From Auanema rhodensis (lineage: Eukaryota > Animalia > Nematoda): 64,000 nucleotides of DNA. The stretch is from contig OZ059899.1 in NCBI GenBank assembly GCA_964057225.1, forward strand, positions 6,076,001-6,140,000, written 5' to 3'. Below are positions 1-17,145 of the stretch, piece after piece. The stretch's first letter is position 1. Each line of letters opens with the position of its first letter. The notes under the pieces were generated by a model, which ran no database searches, was not told where the DNA came from, and worked only from the letters and a program-made list of their open reading frames with translations. Made by a program: the position numbers and the translations under genes.

Positions 1-1055
1 AATACTTCTAAACTATTATAATTTGGATTTATGAACTTTAATTTATTAATATATCTATTTTGAAGTTTAAATCCTTGATTAAGATGTTGTTCCATTCCGA
101 TATGAAATTAAATAATTAAAATTATTTTAATTTTATGAATTTATACATACTGTTGTTAATTCACCATGTGGCCATTTACTCCAGAACTCTTTATTTGGAT
201 CAGTATCATAGATTTTAAGAGGAGTACGATCACCATGTCGAAATATCTAATAATGAAATAACAAATTTTTAAATTTTATAAAAAATATTTTCAAATACCA
301 AATGAACTTGAACTAATTCATCAGATGTAGCATAGCTGGCCAAGCACAAATAACAGAAAATATTTATAAAATTGAAAGAATTCATTCTTTTCATTTACAA
401 ATATTTCAAAAGAATTTTCTTATCAATTTTGGTTCGTATCAAATTAAAACATAATGTTTGATTATGATTTTCAAAGTGGCATTTGAACTTTTCAAGCTAA
501 TAAAGACTCTTTTGAATCTCAAAGATCAAGTTGATTTTGAAAAAGTTGAAACATGCTTTAATATTAATATTTGTTATATTCTAACTATATATTTAATTCT
601 ATTTATTTATAATTTAATATTTAAATATAATATATTTCAAAATAGGCAATGACGGTTTTTTAACCAAAAACATACATATGTTCAATAACCAGTTTCAGGT
701 TCCAAATTAAGTTTATCAATATCGTATATATACTTAATAGATAATTTAGTTCATTTCATAAAGTTATATTGATATGATAAACATTATTAAAAGATTAATT
801 TTTTCTTTTATAAAAATTAAAAATTATCAATTGAAATTAGTTTTAAAACTTTTTTTTTCTTTACAAAGATTGGCTTATCATCTCAGATTGAATAATTGCT
901 TGCTTCACCTCTGTATCTTCTATTTTCTAAAAAAAAAAAGTAAAATCTGAGATTTTGGTTTCTTAATTTCATATAATTTCATCGAATATTTGATTTTAAT
1001 TGAAAAGAATAAATAAATTGGTGGATTTTCACTTTATTCCCCGAATAGATATCTA

Positions 1056-5116
<4,061 letters not shown>

Positions 5117-5369
5117 ATTTTCCTGTTGGCTAACGGCTTCTAGCGCTGCTGCTAATACTGCTGGTCCAAAGGGTCCGCACTGGTCCGGCCACGCTTCAGG
5201 CTGGCCTCAGAACCGGGGCTCCTCCTCCTTGCTGTCGTTCCTTCTTTTCAGCCTCTGCTCTCCGGCCTTTTTCGCTATCTTCTTGGTATGTCTATCCCTT
5301 TTTTGGATATTGTCTCGAACTAAGCTCAATGTCTGCTTCTCATTTCATCCAATGTTGCCCGCGAGCAGC

Positions 5370-5383
5370 ATGCATATCAGATG
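5370..5383 (-). promoter_or_regulatory. Candidate UNC-86/MEC-3 (POU/LIM) site upstream of mec-7
   Basis: Minus strand reads CATCTGATATGCAT, one mismatch from the touch-neuron consensus CATN(3-4)AAATGCAT. It lies about 255 nt upstream of the ATG in a GC-enriched block. Confidence 0.45.
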
Positions 5384-6779
5384 CCTCTAGGCCATTATGT
5401 TGAATGGTTCAGTGGCTACTTCATGAAGCTTTCTCATGCTTTGCCATTGGTTTGACCTTTGTCCATTTAAGATTTGAGATCAGTTTGGATGGTTTATCCA
5501 GTTGATTATTGATAAAAAGGGTCGAGTTAAAAAGTTCCGCTTTTTATATATGAAATACGTATAATTACCATCTATATATGAAATTTGAGGCGAATATTAT
5601 ACATCTACTTCCGATCAATCAAGGATAGCATTCAAGATTATAAAGTTAATTAGTTGTACATATTGAGTTTCACGTAATATATTGAGAAAACAATCAACAA
5701 ATTGAGTTCGTTCATTCATTCCATATAAGAGTATATAGCTTGCAAATGTTTTCCAATGAAATTGTTTCATAGATTTCAAGTTCTTTCTTTATATTTCAAC
5801 AAAGCGTTTGATTCAATTCCCATGAAATTCGAGACAATATCTCATTTATAAAACGTCGTTACTCGTTCGTTTCTCTTTTCAAATAATAAAAAAGGTTCTT
5901 ATTTGTAGAATACCTCTTATATTTCATTTTTATGAATTAAAAATTTTTCATATTTATATGGTCAGAATAGATAACATATAATAGAATTTTGAACTTCTAC
6001 CAGTTTTCATATAATTGAGCGGAAATGATTGTACAAGTTCATGAAAAAAGTTCGAGGATCTTCTGGTTTTATTTTCCACCGTTAAAACTAAAGAGCGATG
6101 TCGCTTGAAAATTCCGACAAATCGTCTTAGAAGAATTTGCTGGTCGGTAGCAAAGGCTCATCAGGATTGTGATATGCTCATAAATATCCAAATAGAAGTG
6201 AATACAGCGCATTCTATGTGAGCATGTCCTTCTCTTCCTACAGTTTCTGACATCTGTTCATACATAAAGAATATCATGCTTCGAATACGTTTCGTTGCTT
6301 GAAACACGATTTTCTCCAAACACAGATGGTCTCCTTCTTAAATGCTCGCTCGAATTACTCTCTCAAAATCCGTTGATCTCTTCATCTCTTCTTTGAGTCA
6401 TTAATATCTGAGTGCTTTAAACAAAAAGGAGGAAAGACATGGACCCAAAGAGGTCACAAAAATGTCTGATCAAAATGGTTGACAGACAGAATAAAAAGAA
6501 AAGCTATTGGAAAAGCAAAAATAAACAAGAAATTTCTCAAATTTTTATGTACAAATAGAATAAAAATGTTATAAAATTATCACAACATGGAATGATGATG
6601 TTATGAATGGATGGTCTGGTAAGAACAATTTAAATCAATTTATACCCAGAAAATTATGATTTTATAATTAATAAGAGATTTTTAAAATCCAGATTATCTA
6701 ATATGTACAATGCTCTAAACTTACGAATACATAACAGAATGAGATTTCAAATATAAAATTATTTATATTTTATCAAATA

Positions 6780-9700
6780 CTAATAGTGACCAGCCCGTTG
6801 TGCCTTTTTCTCCATCAAACGTTTGCCATGTTGCTCTTGACGAACACGATGTTTTTCCAATCGATGCTAAACAATAGAATCAATTATAATGTCTTCTTGT
6901 CAAAAGTTGAGAAGAAATAGTTTGAAAAGCTAGACTTCTTAAAAATATATAAGGATATAAGGACAAGATCATTCAAGTTTTCTTAGACCTTCGGCAATAT
7001 TGAATGAATCATAATCTCCGTCGGGAAAGGGTTTAACCGATAATTGTATCCAAATAAGCATTTATCTTATTTAAACAGATTGAGAGACTTGCGAAAGGCA
7101 TTTAAAAATTCGTTATAGCTAATAAGAATTGAAAACACTACCTCTTGAAGAGTGGATGAAATATCATCATCCCAAGCAGCTTGCGAGTCGTCTTCTAATT
7201 CTCCCAATTCGGCTGATGCCTAAACAAAGTTAAATTAATTAGAGACTAGAGTAATTTAAGGTTGAAAATCTGTCGAAATGTTGTTTAATCATGGAAAAGC
7301 CCTTAGCCAAAAGTATCTCAATATCCGTTTTTTTATTTCCAGCAGGCGACAGGTTTCATGAACGTACGCTATTTAGAAAAACCAACAAATCCTGATCAAG
7401 TGATGAAAATTCTATTTCACACTTAAATCTCCCATTATTTTTCAAGACTGTAGGGAATAAGAAAACGAAGAAAATGACCTTAAGTTCCAGAGAATTAACG
7501 AGCGTTTCAAAAGCTAATGTCACCGATGCGTAAACTGAAACACTTTTCCCTTTTCTTGTATTCATTCGTGAAATAAAAGCTTCAATTTCATATTCTTACT
7601 AGTTTTTCTTAAGCCACAAAGTGCCTTTAAGGAAATTTTAAAATCAACGACAGCATAATCTTAAAGATCAGGCGGTATTCGGGAAGAAAGAACCTATTGA
7701 AAATACGATTCATATCTTGCTAATATTATCATAAACGGTTTCAAGATGAACAGAACAAGTCAATACCATCATCGGTTACACATGTCCATCTATCGTACTC
7801 TCGTCCGTCTTTTCGCAAGATCTTGTTTCTTATCCAATTTTGTAATCTGACAACTCAAACGTTTATAACTCCTTGCCTATTCATCGTGATACCTTGTATT
7901 TATTTCCACTAAAAAGAGACAAAGAAGAGATAACATGGTTCTAAGACACATCTTTATCCCCTCTATCCAAACACAATCCATCTAACTACCTTTTAGGTGA
8001 AGGCACATACAGAACAGGTTTTAAAAACATAGAGCCCACCCCTTTTCATGCTATTGCCCTACCTATTCTCGTGCTTTATCCTCCTCCTATGCGGTTTTTA
8101 GAAATCCAGATATATTAGCCTTTTTTTTACCATGATAACTGATTCCGAATACGGATCTGTATCATCTTCCTATCCAACGTTTTTTTAAACTTTCGGGCGT
8201 TAAGGCCTGTTCATTCAACATCATCGTTCGCCAAGGGTCTAGTTGAATTAGATTACCCACTTATTTTCTTTTCAACATTATCCAAGTATCATGATGATAT
8301 AATAAAATATTCATCCACTTTTAATTGATATTTATGCTATCACCATGTCTTAAAACAACAATTTTGAAAATATTGTTTATGTCGATTCTATTTTAGAATG
8401 AGAGTTTTAATCTTGTGCTTGCTACCAACTATAGCATATGCTACCGTCCAGTGTTATGTGGGACAGAAGCTTTTCAGTTATGAATCAAATAATGTGAGTT
8501 CACTTCAATTTTTCCAACATCTGATATGGTATTCAGGCTGTGTGTGCTAAATTCATTCCGTACAGTTGTACAGCACAATGCGAGTGGAGAAAGAATTGTA
8601 ATCAACACAGTTCTTTCGCGGCTTTCAAGGGTAGAAGGACATTTGTATCAGGTCTCTTAATTAACTCGAAATCGCTCATGGTACTCTGTTGCGCTTCATT
8701 AGCTACACGAGTTGAAACAGGTATAACACATTTAAAAAAAGATTCTTGGGATGTAGGATATTTAGATTCGCAAGGAAGAGAAAAGTGTATATGGAGGGAC
8801 ACTGAGTCGATTTCTGTTCTTGGTCCCTCAATTCGAACCAATCCTGTTCTTGCTCCAAATCATTACATTCGGTAATATTCATTGTTTATACAACAATAAA
8901 ACCACAATATATTGTAGTGATATTCGTCTCGATAGAGATGGTTCTGCCAGAGTTGATGTTCAGCTCGAGGTTTGTCAGTATCAAGAAGAATTGGCTCATT
9001 GTAATGTTGAGGTAAGATAAACTTGAATATATAAAATAGAGAAATGTGTTATAGAACATGAACGATTCCGAGAAGAGAAGATTCAATTTTGTAAAACAAC
9101 GTCTTGAAAATAGCCAACCTTCAACAAAAGAGTCTGTTGTTCAAAAAACGGGTGACGATCAGAAAAATCCAGAGGTTTTGAATAGCAATAAGAGTATGGC
9201 TTGCTCTCCAAAGACCACAAGTAAGTAGGATAGTGATAACAAAATTATCAGTTACCTTTACTTCCAGGTCAATGTGGAAGAGATATTCAATCCCAAATCA
9301 GCGTTTGTTGCAAAGATAAAGCTACATGTGATCGAGTATGCTTGAAATCTGTCGAACAATCTCTGGTTAGGAAAAAAAATAATTATGATTTCTCATACAT
9401 TCGTATTTCAGCAAACTGAGGCTACTGAACATATTAAGGGATGTACGATTCAAGAAGTACAAGAAACCCTCGACTGTCTAGGACGATTGGTTAACACACA
9501 GGTTTAAAACCTCGTTGTCATAGATACAGTTGAATTTTATTTTATGTACAAAAGAATAAATATTATTATACAAACTAACCGGTGGAACCGCTATATCTCC
9601 TTCATAATTAAAAAGATTTTTCTTCTCTTCTACAGTTTTGGGACCAGTATTTGACTTAAGAATCACCTGAAAATTTTTGTTCTGGCATTGGGGAATAATA

Positions 9701-10138
9701 TTTCTACATACCTTCTTAGCACGTTTTATTTCGGGTTGCATATCATTGAAAAAATCAGGTTCTTGCTGCTCTGATTCAGGGGGTGGCGCCATCTAAAATT
9801 TTCTAAAGAGTACTTTTAAAAAAACAAGATATACCTTAGTGCTCCTCCATTGTTCAATTTTGTTTTCTACTGCTTGTTTGGTGTCCCATTGTGAATCCCA
9901 TCCTGCTGAATCGGTTGAAACCCGTTCAGGAAAAGAACCATCGCTAGCACTGTTTTTAGCAACTGCTACTGCATAAGGTACTGATATCATTAATTATTTC
10001 AAATTAAATACCTGTAAAAGGTAACTCCCCAATATTATCACGTCGTCTATTAAATATACAGAGTACTCTTGAACACAAAGCTGCTATAGACTTAAAAAAG
10101 TGTCCTATCCTCACGAGCACAAGACGAGAAAAGGACAT
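6780..10138 (-). CDS. EBAG9: EBAG9/RCAS1-like protein; 6 exons, with a 2.4-kb intron about 7220-9579
   Basis: Exons read MSFSRLVLVRIGHFFKSIAALCSRVLCIFNRRR..LPFT / ..AGWDSQWD.. / EPDFFNDMQPEIKRAKK / VILKS.. / ASAELGELEDDSQAAWDDD.. / HRLEKHRVRQEQHGKRLMEKKAQR..*. This follows the EBAG9 motif order: EPDYFKDMTPTIRK, ELGDLD..W, then a C-terminal coiled coil. Confidence 0.8.
8398..9507 (+). CDS. Secreted cysteine-rich protein of unknown family, nested antisense in the EBAG9-like intron
   Basis: Signal peptide MRVLILCLLPTIAYA directly after an acceptor (ttttag). About 8 phase-compatible exons with short GT-AG introns and many Cys. TAA at 9505-9507 and AATAAA near 9555. Confidence 0.8.
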
Positions 10139-10364
10139 CTGAACAGAAATAAAGAAAAAATAAATAGAAACATCAAAATCAGATATAAAAAGGCTTAAAA
10201 CCTTAAAGCAAAAAATGAGAGAAATAAAATCATAATTTAAAACACATGACTAGTTTGCATTGAGAAAATCATTGGTTGAAAGGAAAGAACTCCATTCGAA
10301 AACACATAGTTTTGGCAAAGCGAATTCCAATAAAGAATTTTCGAAATAAAATTTAATATAAATT

Positions 10365-11916
10365 TTATACAGCAGTTCCGGCTGGTCGCTGAATTAAATG
10401 GTTTTCGAGTAAAAACCTAAAAGTATCCTTATATCCTGCTTCATAATAACTTTTCAGAACACTTCGTTTGGGAGGAAACAAAGCTTGAGCTCCTCGTACG
10501 ATATTTTGTAAATTCACCTACAAAAAACTATTTGAAAAAACAGAAAACAACAAACTGACCTTCATAGTTTGAGTGCCTAGCGTCATTTGCCAATCAAAAA
10601 GAATACTTGAATCCGATGGAGAAATTTCAGCGTTGCCACTAAACGGAGATACCGTAATGGTTCGCACATCTTTAAAATCAGGTAGATTGTTAGTATATCC
10701 ACCATCAATATAAGCCTTGAAAAAAAAAATATCAGCATCTTCGAATAAAGCCTTACCACGTCATCAATGATAGGAGGCGCGGCAGCATATCCCATTGAGT
10801 ACATCGGAATATAACAACTTGCTAACAAACATCTAATTAAATAATTTCTATTTGGGAAACTTTTCATCAAAACATTTGATTTCGTCTGAAACAATAATTT
10901 ACATGGTTCATCCGAATACAATTACGAATACCTCTTGAGCAGTTAAAGAAATAAACAATTTATTCTCAGATGCAGTAATATCTTCGGGTAGAAAATCGTC
11001 AGCAACCTAAAGAACAAATAAATGTACTGGCATTTATTAAGGGCTGACCTTGATAAGACGTTCATTCAAATAATAATCAGGAGTCAAGGCTCCAAATTTT
11101 AAATTATTTAACTCATCGGCCATGTTATATAGCACTTCAAGGGCTTGGTCCATTCTGTAGAAGCAAATATTAGAAATAAAATAATACATTGAAAAGGAAA
11201 CTTACTTTTCTGGACATAATACCAGCAGAGCGGCTACTAAGGAACCAGCAGAAGCACCACTTACTCGTTTCAACTTAGAAATAACAGGCTACACAAAAAA
11301 TGCAAAAGTAAATCTATTTTCGACTAAATAAAACCTTTCCATTCTTCAAAAAACAGTTCACTACTCCAAAATGATAAGAACCCAAAAAACCACAACCACT
11401 TAAAGATAAGCAAAATTCTTTAACTTCTGAAAAAGCAAAATAATGGAATAATGGAAAAAAGAAATGCCTGCTAAAGGAAGCCTACATATTGGCGGCCTAA
11501 TAACCATTTTCTCCTCTTTCTTTTGCTCTTCTGATTTTTCAGGAGGCAAAAGGTTATTTTTGAAAAATGTAGAAACCTAAAATGAGTTTAATTATTTATT
11601 TAACAGAAAACAGACTTTATACTGATTCTAAGGAGATTGTCGGAGTTAATAAACGCTCCTTTGCCTTTGACAAAGACTGAGAATTGGAGTTGGCTGATTG
11701 TCCTTTGATTGGGCTAAAAACTGATGAAACAATTGTAACAATACTTATATTACTTACTGTTGGTCGCACAAATCGTCCAGCTTCGTTTCTGTTTCTGTTA
11801 AGTTACTAAAGTCAGGAGTGCTGACTGATACTTTAGGCAAACCCCCATTCGGTTTATTATCAGAATTGCTCTAAGTAACAAAATAGTAAAACAAAACTAG
11901 AAATCATACAAACCAT
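10365..11916 (-). CDS. Patatin-like phospholipase/triacylglycerol lipase (PNPLA family); 5' exons uncertain
   Basis: Contains the LSLSGCGFLGSYHFGV oxyanion motif, GASAG nucleophile elbow, LLASCYIP, the catalytic IDGGYTNNLP motif and TITVSPFSG. Stop at 10365. Confidence 0.88.
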
Positions 11917-13353
11917 CTAAATTTTGTTGTTATATTAAACATATATACATTAAGTAGTATAAAACTATATCTACAATCTCTTCTAAACCATATAATAAGT
12001 CACAACTTGCAGAAAGTAGTTTTAGTAATTGTATTTCTGATAATTGTAAGCTGTACGTAATGCCTCGTGAGGTGATGTTCCTGCAAAAGTAGCAGTGGTC
12101 AAACGGTAGCATTGGACTCTACTTGATATGAAAGTGAAAATTTTAAGTGAAATATAATAATGAGAAATAAAAATTATAATGGATATAATAAAACAATAGA
12201 CTTCGTTTTTTTTTAGAAATGACTTTGGCGAATTAGTATCAAACTTTGACTCACGCAATCAGTCGCAAACCTTCATAATGAGTTAATCATATTTCACGTA
12301 ATATGCTAATTTTTCATGTAAGATGGAATAAAGAAGGCATAATCAATTCCACGTGAGAAATGTCTCTATTACTATCATTTGAAGTTTGTAGTGTTGGATA
12401 TTTTTTGAGATGAATTGGTTATCATTTGATATATCGTTTGTAGTATACTTTATATTACTGAGGTGGTGGTAATGACGATGTATTATAGTAATGCTAAGCA
12501 TAAATGTTAAAGTTTGATATAAATATTGCCAACAGAGTATATGTTAAATTGTTTGTATAATTAACAAGGATTTTCGAAATATACATGAAAGGTAGTGAAA
12601 CAATATACTATTAAATGAAACAATATTTAATCAGGTGATACCAGCTGAGTTAATATGCGAGAGAATCATTCCATTCTCAGGCTATTTCCTATTCTAGGAT
12701 TTGTAAGTTCATTAAACTTTTTTTACGAAATTAATTAAGCTTCTATTTATAAATATTAATTTGTACTTAAAAATTAATTAATTATTCCTGAAATATAGAA
12801 AAATTGAATATCGTTGCACCTTCTTAAATGAAGATTACCTCACGAAGGCAAGGTGGAGTTTACAAATGCAATATTTTCTAGTTTTTGTTAAAGAAATGTT
12901 TTGAAATTAGTATTGTTTTCTTCTTTATGCTTTAATATACTATTAAAATATATTTCCATCGTACTTTCCAAATGTGTGAAAATGCTGTGTGTTATAAATT
13001 ATATAATATCATAATTGAAAACGTAGAGTGAATCTCATAAATCCCTTAGTTTGTTAACAAGAGAAAATTATTACTATTCTCCTATTCTATTGAAATATAT
13101 AATTTTCTGAAAATCCTATAATTATAGTTAAGGAAATACATAGTTATTGTTGATCATAGAGTTCGACATTTTCAATTGTAATGTTATTATGAATGATTAC
13201 TGATTAAACTTATGGAGCAAACTTAATCTATCGAAGCTAAACATTAGTTTATCTAAATAACTATGTGATTGAAATTATGTTTAGTTAATACTAATTTTTC
13301 CATACTCTCAGTTTTATTTTAAATATTTGCTTATAGAATCTGTTCTCACATAA

Positions 13354-14892
13354 ATGTTTCGTAGACGCTTACTTTTCAATTTGGTTATAGCCGCTGTATC
13401 TGTGGTTTGATTCATTTCTAATGACCATTGTTAATTTTTGATAATTTTAGTATATAGCATATGACTACAATGCAGTTATCTCTTCTACACCAATTAAATC
13501 TTTAACAACTTTTTGTGCTGAAAAACTTGCTTTCTTTTCAAAAAATAATTTTCAATCATCTGTGACAAATAGAAGATCAGAAGAGAAAATAGCAAAGAAA
13601 AAAAAAGAAATTGAAGCTTCTTTAATGTCCAAAGTATTACTAATCTAAATATCACCAATTTAAATTTTACATTTAGTCTCCAATGATAATAGGCGAAATG
13701 TGTAGTCCAAATTCTGACATATGTTACTTAATTGTTGATTCTGCTATGAAAATGAAAGAAGAGTAAACTTTGGATTTATATTTAATACCAACAATTGTTT
13801 TGAAGATTTGTGGTTAAACGTAGCATGGTATTGAAGAAAAACCTTAACTATGCTCTAACTATTGTTGACTTAGACGTACCAACAGGTATTTTCTCAATTT
13901 CCTTAATTAACATTGAGCATAATCTATTTTCAGAATTAACATGGACCAATTCAAATACTAAAAACTGGAATATAAATAAATTAGTTATCACTACACGTTA
14001 TATAAAAGTATTTATTGCAGCAGGTTTCTTCATGGAGGTAAACAATGAAATGCATAATTAATCTTATTCAAAAGAGAAATTAAAGGCTTTGTCGTTTGAA
14101 CCAGTTGAACAGCAAAAAGTTCTTATGATTGGGTTAGGAGGTGGTGTGGCTAGTAACTTTCTTTCAATGCTAGATTGGCTGATGGTTAATAGAAACTAAA
14201 TTCACTATAATAATTTGGATACTATATATAGATTCATACAACTGTAGTTGAGATAGATGCTTTTGTGCATAAAGTTGCCCGACAATACTTTGAGCATACG
14301 GATGAGTTAAGAACTAGTGTTATCATTGAGGATGGTGTTAGCTTTATCAAAAATGCTGTAGAAAATGGTTTAATCATTTTAAGTTTAATTAATAAAAAAT
14401 TATTTTGTAGAAGAGAAATACAATTTATTATTGTTAGATGCTTGTCATACAGATGATGAAGATATTCTGTGTCCTGCCGAAGATTTTTATACTCAAAATG
14501 TTGTCATAAAAAACATAGCTGATATTTTAGAAAAGAACGGTGATATTTGTTTTACAAGTAATTAATATTTAAAAAAAATATATTTTAGGTGTATTTGTCA
14601 TTAATATATTATGTCAAAAAAATGTTGAAGCAAATGAAGAAAAAATGTTGAAATTGTATGAGCCGTTTTTCCCATCTTGTTATCTTTTAAGATATCTAAG
14701 TCATCGTAGAGTAAGTTCTACAATAAATTGATCACAACCTAAAGAGAACTATCTTTTTTTCAGTTGTTAATATGTAGTAAGAAGCCGAAATGGACATGGA
14801 CTGAAAAGCGTACTCAAATTTTGCAAAATTTGAAAAAAGTTGATGATATCTTTGAATTCAAGTTGTATGATATATTGAAAAACATCGAATAA
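13354..14892 (+). CDS. Class I SAM-dependent methyltransferase (spermidine synthase/METTL13 C-terminal-like fold) with N-terminal signal anchor
   Basis: N-terminus MFRRRLLFNLVIAAVSVYIAY, then motif I VLMIGLGGG, VVEID..V..VARQYF, IEDGVSFI, LLLLDAC and GVFVINI. About 10 phase-compatible exons. Confidence 0.85.
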
Positions 14893-14948
14893 TTATAAAA
14901 TATAAATAAATAAACTTTATTTTTTTGCTCTTGAAATTGGTTACAGGT

Positions 14949-17145
14949 CTAAGAACAATAGTGTCCGGAACTACAAGGAGCCAATTCGCAGACAACATGT
15001 GGGGTATTCACTTGAGGATTAGCGCTCATCCATAAATAATTAGTTGCCATATACACATTTTGATTACTGTTTGGAGCAGTATTATACCATGGGTGATATT
15101 GTCCCAACTAAAAATTAAATATTATAAAATTTAATAAAGAAATAATTAGTTATAAATAACTTACTCGACTACCATCTGGCCAGGTCAACACACCGAAGTT
15201 ATTTGATAAACCAATCCAAATTAATTGTCCGGGAAGTACTAAAGTTAAATATTGAATGAAAATTTTGTTAAAAAAATAAAATTACAATCCAAAACGAAGG
15301 AGCTTTTTGCTGGAGTTTTAATTGAGACAATATTTGCATTATGTTTCTGTTTACAAAGCATATTGGCTGTTCTGAATGTATACGAAAGGTTGATAGGAAC
15401 ATAACAACCTGAAAAAATTAAACTATGAAAGAAATTTAAAAATTATTAAAATACCAGAAGTTGGAAGCTTTCTAACGGTGCCTAATAAATCAAATGGAAC
15501 TGCTCCTTGAGGACAGAAACAATTAGCTAGAAGATTTATATAATATAACATATTAAAAAAATTAATTTATATTAATTACCATCAAGAATAGCTGAAGATT
15601 CATCGTCAACAGTTGTATATTGATCTAAATAATATCCTGGTGATGCAATTTCTTCTAAACCAAAAGGTACAGCACCGTTGTTAGGCTTAATAGCTGAAAC
15701 AAAAACTTCACTTCATTATACATCATTGATGATTTATACCCTTAGTGATAACAATATTACCAGCTTTCTTGAAATGATTAGCTGCTGTTTTTGGATCAGA
15801 AAAACCGTGATTACTATAAATCAGAATATATCAGAAGACAAGTTCGAACAAGCCTTACTTGTAATCATCAGCAAGCACATAAATAATTTTAGGAGAATTT
15901 CTTCTAGCATTTGGTCCATTTAATTGCCCAATGGCTTTCTCCAAAGCACTTGAAAATGAAAATTCACAAAATAATTAAATAAATAGAAAGTTACTCTTCT
16001 AAGTTCACTTCAGTTGAATTACTTTCATTAAATGGAATTGGAAGAGAAGCCATGTCGGTAACAGTTCCAAGTTCAGCAACAACTTTAGATTTCTCGGAAT
16101 ATACAACAATTCCAACTTGCATATAATTCTATTTTATAAAATATAATATTACTATTAATATATAATATACTTACATTGAATGGAAATCCATGTCTTTGAA
16201 TATTGAATTTTGAGGTCATAGCTACTAAGTTTAACCACATCTATAATAAAAATAAAATGAAACAACTATAATATACATTTGTATTACATTTTGGAATGTA
16301 TCCTTGTCTGATCCTGCTGATTCAACCACAAACATAACGTCACTCCATGCTTTTCGGGGATCATTTCTGTTCATGTATACATATAAGATACAAGTATTAA
16401 TTACAATAAACTTACATGCAACCAGGTCCATTAATGGTATCTGAATCTGGTGTTGGTGTTGGTTCTTCATAAGAAGTTGTAGTTCTGTCATTGTAATATG
16501 TAGTGCCTGTATTCCATGGGTTTCTAGTTGAAGGTTCTCCCCAAGGATATCTAGTTGACTCTTGGTTCCATGGGTTACCGGTAGTACCTTCGTTCCAAGG
16601 ATATCTAGTTGACTCTTGGTTCCATGGGTTACCGGTAGTACCTTGATCCCAAGGGTATCTAGTTGACTCTTGGTTCCATGGGTTACCGGTAGTACCTTGA
16701 TCCCAAGGATATCTAGTTGACTCTTGGTTCCATGGGTTACCGGTAGTACCTTGATCCCAAGGATATCTAGTTGACTCTTGGTTCCATGGGTTACCGGTAG
16801 TACCTTGATCCCAAGGATAACTAGTTGACTCTTGGTTCCATGGGTTACCGGTAGTACCTTGATCCCAAGGGCTTTCTGTGGTACTTGGTAAACGTGGATT
16901 TTTGCTAGACATAGCGGGTAGAGTTGTACCAAACTCAAACTCTTTATCTTTGTTTGAGGATTTTTCCAAAATTTGATTCAAAACTTCAAGAGTGGAGTTT
17001 TTGGTTTCTTTAATATCTTTGTTTGCATTTGGCCGTGCTGGAACGGCAGTTGAGCATGCCAAGAAAGCTGAAACTTATAACAATTATAAAATAAATTATA
17101 AAAAAAGAAAAATTAACCTGCGAGATAGATTATGGTGACTTTCAT
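14949..17145 (-). CDS. Secreted VWA + C-type lectin domain protein (clec-like) with a tandem-repeat stalk
   Basis: Signal peptide MKVTIIYLAVSAFLA. VWA-like part has WSDVMFVVES, VGIVVYS and LEEIASPGY. CTLD part has IWIGL, WPDGS, NWDNITHG, CVY and a terminal VVCELAPCSSGHYCS*. Confidence 0.85.
16493..16870 (-). repeat. 54-bp coding tandem repeat: 6 near-perfect copies plus 1 degenerate (PWDQGTTGNPWNQESTRY)
   Basis: The motif ccaagg recurs every 54 nt (e.g. 16541, 16595 ... 16865), and the repeat is visible in the ORF track. Confidence 0.97.

Noticed and set aside
6170-6230. Hairpin with a miR-50/190-like 5' end (TGATATGC...)
   Set aside because: Only about 12 bp pair, the loop is large, and the seed differs at position 8.
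11427-11467. Possible GC-AG intron in the patatin-like gene
   Set aside because: An alternative GT donor with a NAGNAG acceptor also keeps the frame; this cannot be resolved without reads.
16231-16938. 235-aa second-frame ORF (LGIKVLPVTHGTKSQLDI repeats)
   Set aside because: A by-product of the 54-bp repeat lacking stops in a second frame; it runs on through introns.
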